Notes under the pieces: model-generated
The model's database searches: none
What the model was told of the DNA's origin: nothing
The model's input: only the letters and a program-made list of their open reading frames with translations
Assembly (NCBI GenBank): GCA_964106645.2
Contig: OZ067040.1
DNA length: 64,000 nucleotides
Reading direction: 5' to 3' (one strand)
Source of the DNA: Podarcis pityusensis
Lineage: Eukaryota
Part shown: one piece after another, positions 11,099 to 22,391 of the stretch
Layout: each line of letters opens with the position of its first letter
How positions within the stretch are numbered: the stretch's first letter is position 1
Program-made: the position numbers and the translations under genes

Positions 11099-11233
11099 CT
11101 GAAACACAGCCTCAAGTTTTGAATTGCTTTCTGTATCTACCAATGGCAAGATTACCAGGGCTTTTTCTAAAATTGTTCTGATGGTAGTTTTCCCGCCGCC
11201 TGTAGGGCCTACTAGCATTATACCAACAGAAGC
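11099..11233 (-). CDS. DNAH14: DNAH14 coding exon 37, AAA2 Walker A (MLVGPTGGGKTT)
   Basis: P2 loop; AG/GTAAG boundaries. Confidence 0.95.
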
Positions 11234-11409
11234 CTGAAAATACAGTTTTAAATATTAGCTCTGTAACATTAAGGTTCCCTAAAATGTTTAGATTACCAGG
11301 CAGAGAAATATTAAAAGCTCTAACAATGTGTATATTTTTCATACTAGGAGTATCAATCTGCTTTCCTCCTCAGTACTTTTGCTGAAATATCCCCATATCT
11401 AGATGGGGC

Positions 11410-11935
11410 TCATCAACCTGGGAAGGTAGCCCATAAAGGAGAAGGAAAACTCTGATCATAAACCTCTGCTGCCTTGTGGCTATACACATTCATAAGAAAG
11501 ACTTCGGGAGTAAACTCTGAGGAAAAATCCGTCCTTGCAGGACATCTTGAGAACAAGAAAAGACTAACGAGTAAACAAATCTGGAGTGGAATCCCTAAAA
11601 CAGTTGGATGGGGTCTTGTACACCTCCTTCCAGCAACTCCTGCAGCCAAGCTGGTGCCAAATGTATTGCTCTGCATTCCTTTGGACCACATCAGTGAGGC
11701 TGAGAGGGGGTCTTGTTGTCTGGGCAGCCCAGGATTTCCATATACACTGCCCAGCTTTGTATCCCAGAGATGCCACTTCAGTGCTGCAAGCACAGCAAAA
11801 ACAATGTGGGAGGCAGCAGTTGCGAGTTACTGGTCTCTGCTGCCACAGCAGGTGCTGTGATTCTCCAGTGGGTTGGATTCACTCTCGGAGGCGTACTCCG
11901 TTGTTTCTTGAGACAGACTGATGCCAACAACAATA
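11410..11935 (+). mobile_element. Probable short non-autonomous LINE derivative (RTE/Vingi-like) ending in (AAC)n
   Basis: GGAGAAGGAAAACTCTGA 5' motif and GAGACAGACTGATGCCAACAACAA end; recognition only. Confidence 0.4.
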
Positions 11936-12135
11936 GCCTCCATCTTCCATATCTTTGATCCTTGGCCACGTGGGCTGAGGGTGCTGGGAGCTGGAGTCCT
12001 GAAACATCTGTAGCACCACAGCTTCTCCACTCCTGGTGCAATCTAAGTTTACTTTGAAAAACTTTGTGCAGTGTAACATACTATGTACTACTGTATCATA
12101 TTAAAACATGTAAAGTGATGATTTGCAGAACTTAC

Positions 12136-12225
12136 CATAATTTGGTTGTAAAATTGTATAACTTTCTGTATCTGATTTTCCCATGTCTGCAAACATAAAT
12201 ACTGTATTGCAACAGATATTGCACT
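12136..12225 (-). CDS. DNAH14: DNAH14 coding exon 36 (...KVIQFYNQIM)
   Basis: AG/GTAAG boundaries, 30 codons. Confidence 0.92.
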
Positions 12226-12598
12226 CTAAAATCAAATATGTATATAATTAATTAGAATTACAATGATACTTCAAGATTGTAAATATTAGCATAATAGCTG
12301 ATATTCTACCATTGTAGAAAAAGTCACCATTTTTTGTTGCTGTCACCAACCTCCCTTACCTCAGCACACACAATGCCCTGGAAAAATACTGTGCCTGGCA
12401 CATTCATATGTAAACAGAATAGATACTGGACCACTAAGTAGGGACTTGGTCCGTCTCTACTTCTACTCCACCCCGGCAGCTATAGCTAAAGATAATCATG
12501 ACCCATTAACCTGATGGTAACTGAAACCATTCCAGTGAAAAAGTGGTCAAGATTCCAATGTTGGTCATATTATTTTTATTTACAGAAGTATTTCTATA

Positions 12599-12676
12599 AA
12601 TCATAGAATTGCAGAGTTAGAAGGAACTACGAGGGACATCTAGTCCAACCTCCTGCAGAGCAGGAATCTTTTGCCC
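12599..12676 (-). mobile_element. CR1-tail fragment (3' end of a tRNA/CR1 SINE)
   Basis: Reverse complement of the CR1 tail; junction AATCTTTTGCCC like that at 13085. Confidence 0.7.
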
Positions 12677-12775
12677 ATTTATAGAAGGATTTCTATAAAC
12701 AGAGGCCTTCATCTGAGGACCAATGCTTAATAATTTCCCCTTGTACATAAAACATTTGCTTGCATGTTTCATTAC

Positions 12776-12950
12776 CTGCAGGCGTCTATGCTTTACTTTT
12801 TGAACTTTCATCCCTGGGAAAAGATCTGTCAGGATGTTCTCAAACAGTGGGACATCTTCAGCAAGAAACTTGGGTAAATTAACTTCTCTCAGGACAGTAG
12901 TTATGATGAGAGTTTCTTCTGATGTAGAAAACTTTTTCTTTTTACTATTT
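12776..12950 (-). CDS. DNAH14: DNAH14 coding exon 35 (NLPKFLAEDVPLF...DLFPG)
   Basis: Canonical motif. Confidence 0.94.
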
Positions 12951-13014
12951 CTATAAAATAAATCCAATAATAGTAATCATTAGATAAGTTACTGTACAGA
13001 TTTACATGCTCTTT

Positions 13015-13295
13015 CACAGAATCATAGAATTGTAGAGTTGGAATGACCCCAAGGGTCTTCTAGTCCAACTCCCTGCAATGCAGGAATCTTTTCCCCGAGG
13101 CAGGTCTTGAACCCACGGCCATGAGAATAAGAGTCTCATGCTCTACCAATTGGGATAGCAGGAGTTATCCCAATGACAGATGGCCATTCAACCTCTGCTT
13201 CAAAACCTCCAAGGAAGGAGAGTCCACCATCTCCCAAGGGAGACCACTCCACTGTCAAACAGATCTTACTGTCAGAAAGTCCTTCCTGATGTTTA
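13015..13295 (-). mobile_element. CR1 ORF2-end fragment fused to a complete tRNA-Lys-headed SINE with a CR1 tail
   Basis: 13093..13162 reverse complement matches tRNA-Lys(CTT) (GGTAGAGCATGAGACTCTTA..CTCA..G.CGTGGGTTC); flanks match the CR1 at 10300-10517. Confidence 0.8.
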
Positions 13296-13687
13296 TTTCA
13301 TTAAAAAAAGGGGGCTATCACTATTGAATTTTTATCCACACATGCTGCTGCATATCTTATGCAAATATTCTTAAATATATTTATTTGAGCTTATTGTTCT
13401 CTACCCTAAAGTTCTGTACAATCAAAAACATGTTACTTAAAATAGTTCATATGTGCTTGGCTCTGGCCGTCAAATATCAAATGTCCAACATTGCTTCCTA
13501 AATGCGCTTACATGAAGGATCACACTAGACAAGATGATGAGGTTGCATGGCTTGATTTCCTGGGTATTTTTGAAGTTCAAAGCAATATATAGTGCCCATA
13601 TGCCCTTAGCCAGAGGGAAAACAAGGGCATGTGGACTTGATTTAGACTGCAATCCTGTACTTTACGGCCACCAGCTAAGGGGCTATG

Positions 13688-13881
13688 CAGGGGTTGCCAA
13701 CTCAACACCCACTGGTGCTATGGTGCCCACTATGCCTTTCACTGGTGCTTCTGGTAAGGTGCCCCAGACTCTAAGCTTTCGTTTTTTTATTCTTTTAAGT
13801 AAGTACCCAGCCCTCTTAGAAAGAGGTTTGGGGGCAAAACATGAAGTTGCCTTTAAATGTCCAAAAAGGTTGACAGCCCTG
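13688..13881. mobile_element. Old hAT-type MITE
   Basis: CAGGGGTTGCCAAC...GTTGACAGCCCTG; imperfect TSD GGCTAT(A)G. Confidence 0.55.
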
Positions 13882-14193
13882 GGCTATAGGAACTGGCACA
13901 ATTACTAATGACACTGTGCCACTAGCATGACACATTCTGCCAGCAGAGTGGGAGAAAAATAGGGAGGGAATGTGGGTGTTAGCATGAATAGGATTACAGC
14001 CTAAGTCACATTTATAAGAGAGTAAATCTCATTGATCTCAGTTTAATTTACTCCCGAATAAATATGGGATTCTGCTGCACAGCTCTACTGAGTGTCGATA
14101 TCTCCTCTTCCAAAATTCTATGCATAGGACATCACAGCCTATAGCGCAATAATGTTACAGCTATGCATTAGGCAATTAAAAAATCTTACTTAC

Positions 14194-14273
14194 TGTGTTT
14201 TTAACTCTTGCCTCTTCTGACCAGCCCTTATTAACACAGTTTTTATGGCTCTCATACCAAAATCATAATGATC
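14194..14273 (-). CDS. DNAH14: DNAH14 coding exon 34 (DHYDFGMRAIKTVL)
   Basis: HYDFGMR motif; donor GTAAGT, phase 2. Confidence 0.94.
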
Positions 14274-14577
14274 CTAGAAAATATAAAATGGAGCATTCTG
14301 CAAACCAGGAGGTAACAGATTGTCAAAATTTTGGAAAGCTTAGAAATGAACTCTTTTTTCCTTTTATCTCCAGATCTGGTTTATTTTTGAAAAAAGGAAG
14401 CGAAGATGGAGGGAAAAGGGTGAGTAAAGGGGAAAATAGGGGTGCAAACCATGTTGCAAAGGAGGGAGTAGTAAGAATGGGAATAGGGTTTAAGATGAAA
14501 GCAGGGACATGAAAGTGTCTGAATAATAGGGGATGGTGGCTTCATCACCTGGTGGAAGGTGAAAAAAGCTCTTAATA

Positions 14578-14819
14578 CAGTGGTACCTCAGGTTACATAC
14601 GCTTCAGGTTACATACGCTTCAGGTTACAGACTCCACTAACCCAGAAATAGTACCTCAGGTTAAGAACTTTGCTTCAGGATGAGAACGGAAATCGTGCTC
14701 CAGCAGCGTGGTGGTAGCAGGAGGCCCCATTAGCTAAAGTGGTGCTTCAGGTTAAGAACAGTTTCAGGTTAAGAATGGACCTCCGGAACAAATTAAGTAC
14801 TTAACCCGAGGTACCACTG
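14578..14819 (-). mobile_element. Tigger/pogo-type MITE, family A copy 2 (inverted)
   Basis: TA|CAGTGGTACCTC...GAGGTACCACTG|TA. Confidence 0.9.
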
Positions 14820-15078
14820 TAATTATAATGTGTGGGAGAAGGAAGATGCAGGAAGTTACCATGGAGGTGGTTTGTGTACAAGGGAGTTGTACAAAAGGAG
14901 AGGGAGAGGCACAGACATGGGGTGAAGGTGGAAACGGGTGCAAAGCAACACTACAGAACGTAAGAGAGAAGTGGCTTCAGAAATGGGGTTGGAAAGATGA
15001 AAAATGAGCTTTTGCATGGGGTATGAAAGGGAAGCTCTAAGGGGTTAAAGAGGGGAATGAAGGGGGTTGGCAAGCAGC

Positions 15079-15081
15079 TGT

Positions 15082-15128
<47 letters not shown>
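15079..15128. repeat. Compound (TG)n(AG)n microsatellite
   Basis: Directly visible. Confidence 0.9.
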
Positions 15129-15129
<1 letters not shown>

Positions 15130-15501
15130 AATGAATTACAGGTTTAAAAAGTGCGCCAGGCTGAAGGAGCCATGCTGAAAAAAATGAGGAAATTCAGAGA
15201 AGGAGGAAACTGCCACCACAGTTTTAAAGTGGGGGGAATTGGATGAAATGGAGACAGGCAAAGACTATTGAAAGGAACACAGAAAATAATTAAAAAATAA
15301 AAATTCATAATCCCAAAATCTAAACTTAAGATACAAAACTATACGGAAAGTTCTTGTATAGGCTTATTATAGTTATTCTCTTTGTAGTGCAACGGGGGTA
15401 ACGTCACATGTAAAACTGTCAATGAGACTCCCACTAATAGGTCCCATGAAAAGGTTCAAGGGTTCAAAGGCTGTCTCTCTTTCTCTCTCATTATATTATA
15501 C

Positions 15502-15688
15502 CTGGCGTGAAAGCTGGTTGCTAGAAAGATGATAAAGATTTACTATCTTCTCTGAGAGTGATTTTGCAGACCTGAAACCTTCTGAACACAACATTATTTC
15601 AGCAATGAGTTGATAATCTGGTACCATCATTGAGACGGGGCGAAATAATGATTTTAGGTTGTCTGGGAGTTCTACACGACCTTTGTAT
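15502..15688 (-). CDS. DNAH14: DNAH14 coding exon 33 ([24 protein letters not shown])
   Basis: Canonical motif; phase 2->0. Confidence 0.96.
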
Positions 15689-16122
15689 CTTAAAAGAAAA
15701 ACAAAAGTCACTAGGTCTATTTTTGCAATTATAAACCGAGAACACTCAAAAGTATTAGTTTTAATACTTACAACAAATAAACAACTTACAACACAATACT
15801 GCATATAAAGAAAGTATAGTAGCTCTACAATAAAGCTCTGAGAGATAATGATGTGGACCACTACTATTATAGGAAACCTATTGTAAAGAATGTTTTTCCT
15901 TAAAAAATGTTAACAGTCTGACTTTTTAAAAGCAACTATTTAGATACAGAAAAAGCTTGTGATTTATTTTGGAAAAATGTAATCATGAAAATTCATCAGA
16001 TTTTAGGGTGAAATTCTCCTAATACAGTATACACATTTTTGCAAAGCAATTTCCTGCAGTATGATTTCATATATTATTATTTTCCCCAATAAATGCATTT
16101 CTATGCACACTTTATCCTAGTA

Positions 16123-16362
16123 CAGTGGAACCTTGCTTATTGAACGCTTTGGAAGTCGAACGTTTTGACTTCCGAACGCTGACAACCCGAAGTGAATGCT
16201 TCTGTTTTTGAACGCACCTCGGAAGTCGAATGGCTTCTGAGTCGCGTTTCTCCATTTTTTCAATGGATTTTGCCGACTGCCCATTGCGCCTCAGTTGTCG
16301 AATGTTTTGGAAGTCGAACAGTCTTCCAGAACAGATTACGTTTGACAACCTAGGGTCCACCG
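16123..16362. mobile_element. Tigger/pogo-type MITE, family C
   Basis: TA|CAGTGGAACCT...AGGGTCCACCG|TA; repeated GGAAGTCGAA. Confidence 0.8.
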
Positions 16363-16886
16363 TATATGAAGTTTTGTATCCATTACTTGGCTGGAGAACA
16401 GCATTGCAAAAACCAGAGATACTTGAATTTCAAATGGTGGCTGTGTTTCAGTTTGCACATTGTTTCAGGCCTGCAAATTATGCAGGTTTGCCTTAACTGT
16501 GAACTGAATCAAAAACCCGATGTCTAGTGGAGCACATGCTTTCCATATAGAGCAGGTGTATGACAGGTGTGGGGCAGGTGGGCATGGGTTGAGGTGAAAC
16601 AGCCTTGCAGGCCAAATGAGGACCCGCCAGTCTTAATTAAGCATATAGGTCAGAGACTCTCCACAGCTGATGTAGAAGATCTTGGATTCATTCTTTGGTT
16701 TCTCTAGGTAAGCCTGCAAAATACTCCAATTTGATATCATGGAAAGCTGATGAAGTCGGCACTGACAGTGATGAGATGATGAACCTTTTGTCTGAATTGA
16801 GGTAAGACAGTTTTATATGCTCATTTCAAAATGGGATTGCTACCTCTTTTAGTATTTTTTGAAGAACAAGTGTTATAATCACTTAC

Positions 16887-16955
16887 CCAGGATTCATGGT
16901 AATAAAAATTGCACAGAATGGTTTCAGCCGAACTTCTTTTCCTTCCAATAGAAAT
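16887..16955 (-). CDS. DNAH14: DNAH14 coding exon 32 (FLLEGKE...FITMNP)
   Basis: Sensor I motif FITMNPG. Confidence 0.94.
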
Positions 16956-17042
16956 CTATGACAAATATTAGATTGGTTTTTTTAAAAATGTATTACTGAA
17001 GTCAGAAAATTGATAGGATGATTGATAAAGTTACTATCACAG

Positions 17043-18071
17043 ATGACAGCTAGAGTGCCGGCAGAGGAAACCTCATTCTGAATTGGACCGAGCATGTGTT
17101 AAGAGCTCAGGGTTGAGCCTACCAACTGGCAATAGCAATGGCGAAGAGGACCTTCTTCACCGCCTCTGTTGTATCTGCAGAAAACAGCAGCAGGAGTCTC
17201 TTTCATGTTTGCAATATAATGGAACCACCTTTGCCATTGGGGCCTGGTCATAAAAGCGAGCTGGGAAGGGCTGGGCGATGGGCTCTGCGGAATGGTGAAT
17301 GCCTCCCTCTGTGAGGGAATCTTCCCAGACCTGCTTAAAGAAGCGGCTATTAAACTGCTTCTTAGAAAGCCATCTTTGGACCAAGGCAATATGGTCCACT
17401 ATGGCCCAGTCTCAAATCTTCCATTCTTGGGCAAAGTGATTGAGTGGGTAGTTGCTGAACAACTCCAGGCACACCTGGAGAATGTGGACCATTTGGATCC
17501 CTTCCAGTCGGGATGCAGGCCTCATCATGGGACTGAAACTGCCTTGGTTGCGCCGGTTGATGATCTCTGGCAGGCTAGGGAGAGAGGTGAGAGCTGTTTC
17601 CTGGTGTGGCTGGATTGACTATGACACCATTGACTATGACATCCTTATGGGCTGTCTAGAGGAGTTGGGAGCTGGGGGCATTGTTGTGCAGCGGTTCTGC
17701 TTTCTCCTGGGCCATGTTCAGAAAGTGGTGTTGGGGGATGCATGTTCAGACCCCGGGGCTCTCATTTGTAGGGTGCCTCAGGGCTCTGTCCTCTCCCCAA
17801 TGCTTTTCAACATCTATATGAAGCCGCCGGGAGAGATCATCAGGGGGGTTGGGTTGGGTGTTCACCAGTATGCAGATGATATGCAGCTCTACTTCTCCTT
17901 CAAATTGGAACCAGTGATGGTAGTGAAGGTCCTGTGTGAGTGTCTGGAGGCAGTTGGAGGATGGATAGCGGCTAACAGATTGAGGTTGAATCCTGACAAG
18001 ACAGAAGTACTGTTTTGCGGGGACAGGGGATGGGCAGGTGTGGAGGGCTCCCTGGTCCTGAATGGGGTAAC
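17043..18071 (+). mobile_element. Degenerate L2 LINE fragment (RT region), same family as 26321
   Basis: Y.PVSNLPFLGKVIE, VPQGSVLSP, YADD, LNPDKTE; frameshifts and an internal deletion. Confidence 0.88.
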
Positions 18072-18249
18072 TGGAGGACATTCTGTACTAGGAAACTCAT
18101 CCACATTTGGAGACAGGATTTCTAAAGGCTTCTTCTACTTCCATGGCTTGTTTTCATTACCAAAAATATTAAAATTGGGGCAAAGTTACATGCATTTGCA
18201 TGTAGTTAGTAGTTTGGACGTAAAGTATTACTACTTGCAAAAGATATAC

Positions 18250-18395
18250 CTGACAGCGCAACTATCTTTAGCTGCCTTGATTGCCTGAATCTGTGATGCA
18301 ATTGCTGAAAGGACTTCTACATCAATCCTGTTGAATTCATCAAAGCAACACCATGCTCCAGACTGAACTAATCCACATAATAATTTCCCCATAAC
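18250..18395 (-). CDS. DNAH14: DNAH14 coding exon 31, AAA1 Walker B ([18 protein letters not shown])
   Basis: Canonical motif; phase 0->2. Confidence 0.96.
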
Positions 18396-19226
18396 CTTTA
18401 AAAAAATGGAGAGATTTTCATTAGGTGCTAAGTTACCAAGATGATGACTTATTTACCCTTCAGTTATTGAATGCCTTCTGTACAAATGTCTCAAAGCGAT
18501 TTACAATAAAAACAGCTAGAAAACACAAAAAACAGTTGCTATATGGAACAAAAATGACTTCAAGAGTTTCTGGAAAGAGCAGATAGTGAGCACCTGTTGT
18601 ATCTTAACAGGAATGCTGTTCCACATGAAGAGGAATGCTACTTATGAAAGTCAAGCAAATGAACTAAATTTATTCAAAAATACTAGGCAGAAGAAAGATG
18701 TTTTCTCAGGTGATGCAGTTCATTTATCAACAGGAAAATCTCACTGGTTATATATATAGATATATATAGATATATAATTGTTTATGTAACTAAATTTCAA
18801 AACACAAAATTAATCTCAGATTGAATTGACATTCAGTTTTAAGCATCTACATTACAAATATTCATCATTTAAAATTCCAAAAACAATTTACACAGATGTT
18901 TCATGTTACTTTTTAGCAGGGGAGATATGATTTCAGACTGCAGTGCGACATAATAATTTATTAGGTAAAAGTTTTCTAAGGTCGGAGGAAAGCTGCTGAA
19001 CACTACCAAAATCTCAGGGATGCAGGGTCCCCAGCAAAACAGTGAAAAATTGTTGCTTTAGTTGCACCAGCATAAGTCAATTATTGCAATACTACAAGGA
19101 AAAGAACACCCATAAGATTGGGTTTCCCAGCATGATCAAAAGGCACTATTGATATTGTTAGCAAACTTTTTTAAAGAAGAAATTTAGTGTTCTAAATTCT
19201 ATATTAAATAAAATTGTCTACTGTAC

Positions 19227-19280
19227 CTTATCATCCAAACCTTCAGAACAGTTAAAGACAAGACACAGTTTTCCCAAGGC
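19227..19280 (-). CDS. DNAH14: DNAH14 coding exon 30 (ALGKLCLVFNCSEGLDDK)
   Basis: VFNCS motif; AG/GT boundaries. Confidence 0.93.
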
Positions 19281-20539
19281 CTAATGAAAAAAAGCAGTTT
19301 TCAGAGCAGAAGCAATTATATTTGTTTACTCAGATAAATGAGTAATTTAACAACTGTTAAATATACAAAAATCTCAAATACCTTCAGTTTAGTTTTGCCA
19401 TTTATATTTTGATATTTTACACTTTACAAATACTGTGGAAAAAGCTGTGTTTCTGAATTTAAAAGCCAAGCGCAATTTTGGAGAAGTTAAACTCTGTCAT
19501 AAGAGGAAAATCACAGAAATCAGAAGCAATAGAAGACACAAGGGAGTGGGCGAACTTTTTCTTTTTTATGTACCCCAACAGAGGAAAAGAGACAAAGAGA
19601 CTGAAAAGGTACGAAAGGGAACCAAAGAAAAACAGTAAAGGAAGAGTAGAAAAAGAAACAGGAACTTAGCTGAGTCAAAAAAACAGTGAGAGCCGGGGGA
19701 AATCAAACCGCTCCATCAAGGCAGGAAGAGAATCAGCCTACCAGTCCTGACACCTCCCACAATTCTTTGCTCCTGTCTGAATTTCATGCAAGAGGAAGTA
19801 CCCAATCTGAAGACTTCATCATCCACCAGAATAAATTGGACCTTTGCCACTGTCAAGAAGCCCAGCACAACCCAAAATGCAGTTCTTGTTGAATTCAGAA
19901 GTTACTGTGAATCCTAGGATCCTATCACCCCTCAAAGGATGCCATCATGGCTGTTTCTGAACAATAGATTATCAGGTTATACACCACATGTCCCTAAGAT
20001 TCCAAGGAACAAGAGGTAAAATTCTTGACGCCTCAGGCAAAATAAGCCAAATTAAATATCAACCAATGTGACCAAATAGATCCCAGACACTGGTTTTTAG
20101 AACCAAGGTGTTACCCAAATAAGCACACCAAATTGAGTAATATGTATTTTTAAAAATAATAATCAAAATAGCAGCATAGCATGAAAACCCATTAGCAAAT
20201 AGGAATAAAAAGGTTCTAACATTTGGGAATCCAAAAGGACACTGAAAATTATAAAGCTATCTAACCCAGCCAACATTACCAAAACTCCTTGAGGAGAAGA
20301 GCTTGTGACTATACAGCTATAAAATGTTTTGCTAATTATCAGACTGGCTACTTTTATTAGAAAAAGTGTGTGAGCAGAAGTTGATGGGGATTGGTAAGAT
20401 CACATTGCACCTGAAACTAAGACCCACAACTCTGTCTTCCCAGATGCAACTGCAGAAACATAAATCTATTATGACATATCTGGAAAATACTATGTGTATA
20501 AAAGACAGTACCTATTGATATCAAATGGATAGCGCTTAC

Positions 20540-20768
20540 TTTTGAAAGATCTTTGACAGTCTCTGTTTTTCCTGTACCAGCTGGACCAGAAAGACAGCCT
20601 CCTAAATTCAACTGAAGAGCTCCAGTAACGGTTAGCCAACATCGATCTGTGAGAGGAGTAATAACCAATCTCGGAGAGCAGCCCAGATATTCAAAACCAT
20701 ATTCAAAAGAGGCATAACCTTGGATAACCTTACAGGGGTTGACATCATGCCATTCATAACGCAACTGC
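20540..20768 (-). CDS. DNAH14: DNAH14 coding exon 29, AAA1 Walker A ([11 protein letters not shown]...[14 protein letters not shown])
   Basis: Canonical dynein P1 loop. Confidence 0.97.
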
Positions 20769-21221
20769 CTGAAATAAAATAATTTGTGTAACAGTTTTGT
20801 CAACAACGTAGTTCTTTTTATCAAAATTATATATGCATATAAATTGGTAACATAGTATGTATAGATTTTTCAATGTTAATAACATTCAGTGGTCAAAATT
20901 CCATTAAGAGCACAGTTCTGTCATAAGGTTAAGAAAATGGGACATCTACAAGCAAGGATTTGATTTAGGAACATAAAAGTGAATCTGCTCAGGCATGAGA
21001 ACACTCTGAAGTGAGGCCTATTCAGCACCTCAAGACAGGGAGAAATATATGTGCAGGACCTAACACTACAAATCTGAGATTGCACTTTTTTATTTATAGT
21101 ATAGTGTTTTTTAAAACCAGATAATATATAACTAACGTGTTATCTATTTTGAGTATTGCAATATCCTTTCATCTTATCCCAAAATCCAAAAATAGAGCCC
21201 AGAATGGTTATATTGATATAC

Positions 21222-21472
21222 CTTGTCCATGCAAAATCTTCAGCGCTACAAATATCATTATCTATCAGTACAGTCATTACATCCCTACAGTGAATGAACA
21301 AAGTAACCAGTGCCTCCAATGTGCTTTGCTTGTGGTAGGGAAGTATATCTGATGCTATCTCTGCTAGCTGCTCTATAAGGCTGATAAGATCATCGCGGCC
21401 TTCTTTCAACTCCATTTTTGCATGTGAACTCGACAAGCTCATTTCACACGCACGAGAAAACATTATTTGACT
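21222..21472 (-). CDS. DNAH14: DNAH14 coding exon 28 (SQIMF...EDFAWT)
   Basis: AG/GT boundaries, phase 0->2. Confidence 0.92.
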
Positions 21473-22303
21473 CTAGAAATGAAAATATTTATTAGCAGCA
21501 AAAATTATGATTTGCTTACTTGCATTAAAATTAAATATTGCACAACATTTTAACTTACATTTTTTAATGTTATTTTTATTTTTTATCATTATTATTATCA
21601 TTGAAAAACTTTGCTCTCTCCCCCTTTTCTCCTATTTCTCACAGCATCAGGGAGATTTGGGAATTCTGAATGAGCAGGCTTTGAGAGAACCCAAAACTAA
21701 ACCACAATCCAAAATCATGATCCAAAAACTAAACCAGATAATCCAAAATTAGAACAAAACCTTGCAACCATTTCAATAATGATAGAGATATTTATTATCA
21801 GCTAAACACAAAATATTGTGTTGTTTTCCAGGGACACCCTGAACATTCTGTATAAATCATCTATCCCAAATTAGAAACATACATTTTTCCATGGTTCATA
21901 AAATGTTATTAGAATTCCCCCCCCAGTTGTCACTATAAGGAAAGACACCGTACAATCCCATTTAGCCTGCTATATTCTACTAATTATTGCCAAATTTATA
22001 CATTTCCCATTTATAGGGAAAATATGCTTTCTTTTGATTCCAGTCCTACTGGTACAGAATAAAGAATGTAAGCACTAAACTATGTAAAGCCACATCCCTT
22101 AGCACCAAAATCCATCTCATCAGAAATAACAGTAAACCTTGTGATTTGCTCTATCACCTACAGAAACTCAAAAGCAAGATAGGTTTATCGTGTATACACA
22201 TAAATAAATTGTGCGTGCTACTACAGAACATTTTAAATACAGAATCTTCCAAATATGTTAAATGACATGGTAAAGTTTTGAATGCGTCTTGTAGTGTGCT
22301 TAC

Positions 22304-22391
22304 CACAAGTAGTATCACCTGCCCTGGGTGAGTGAAAAACCATTCTTTAAATTCCATTTGATTCCATTCTGCGATTCCAACTGCTATAAAT
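22304..22391 (-). CDS. DNAH14: DNAH14 coding exon 27 (EWFFTHPGQVILLV)
   Basis: AG/GTAAG boundaries, phase 2->0. Confidence 0.9.

Noticed and set aside
11413-12079. Dense overlapping ORFs
   Set aside because: GC-richer repeat-derived sequence with no protein motifs.
13093-13162. Functional tRNA-Lys gene
   Set aside because: Many substitutions and fused to a CR1 tail, so it is a SINE head.
19435-20400. Possible LTR or L1 remnants
   Set aside because: No termini, TSD or coding motif could be defined.
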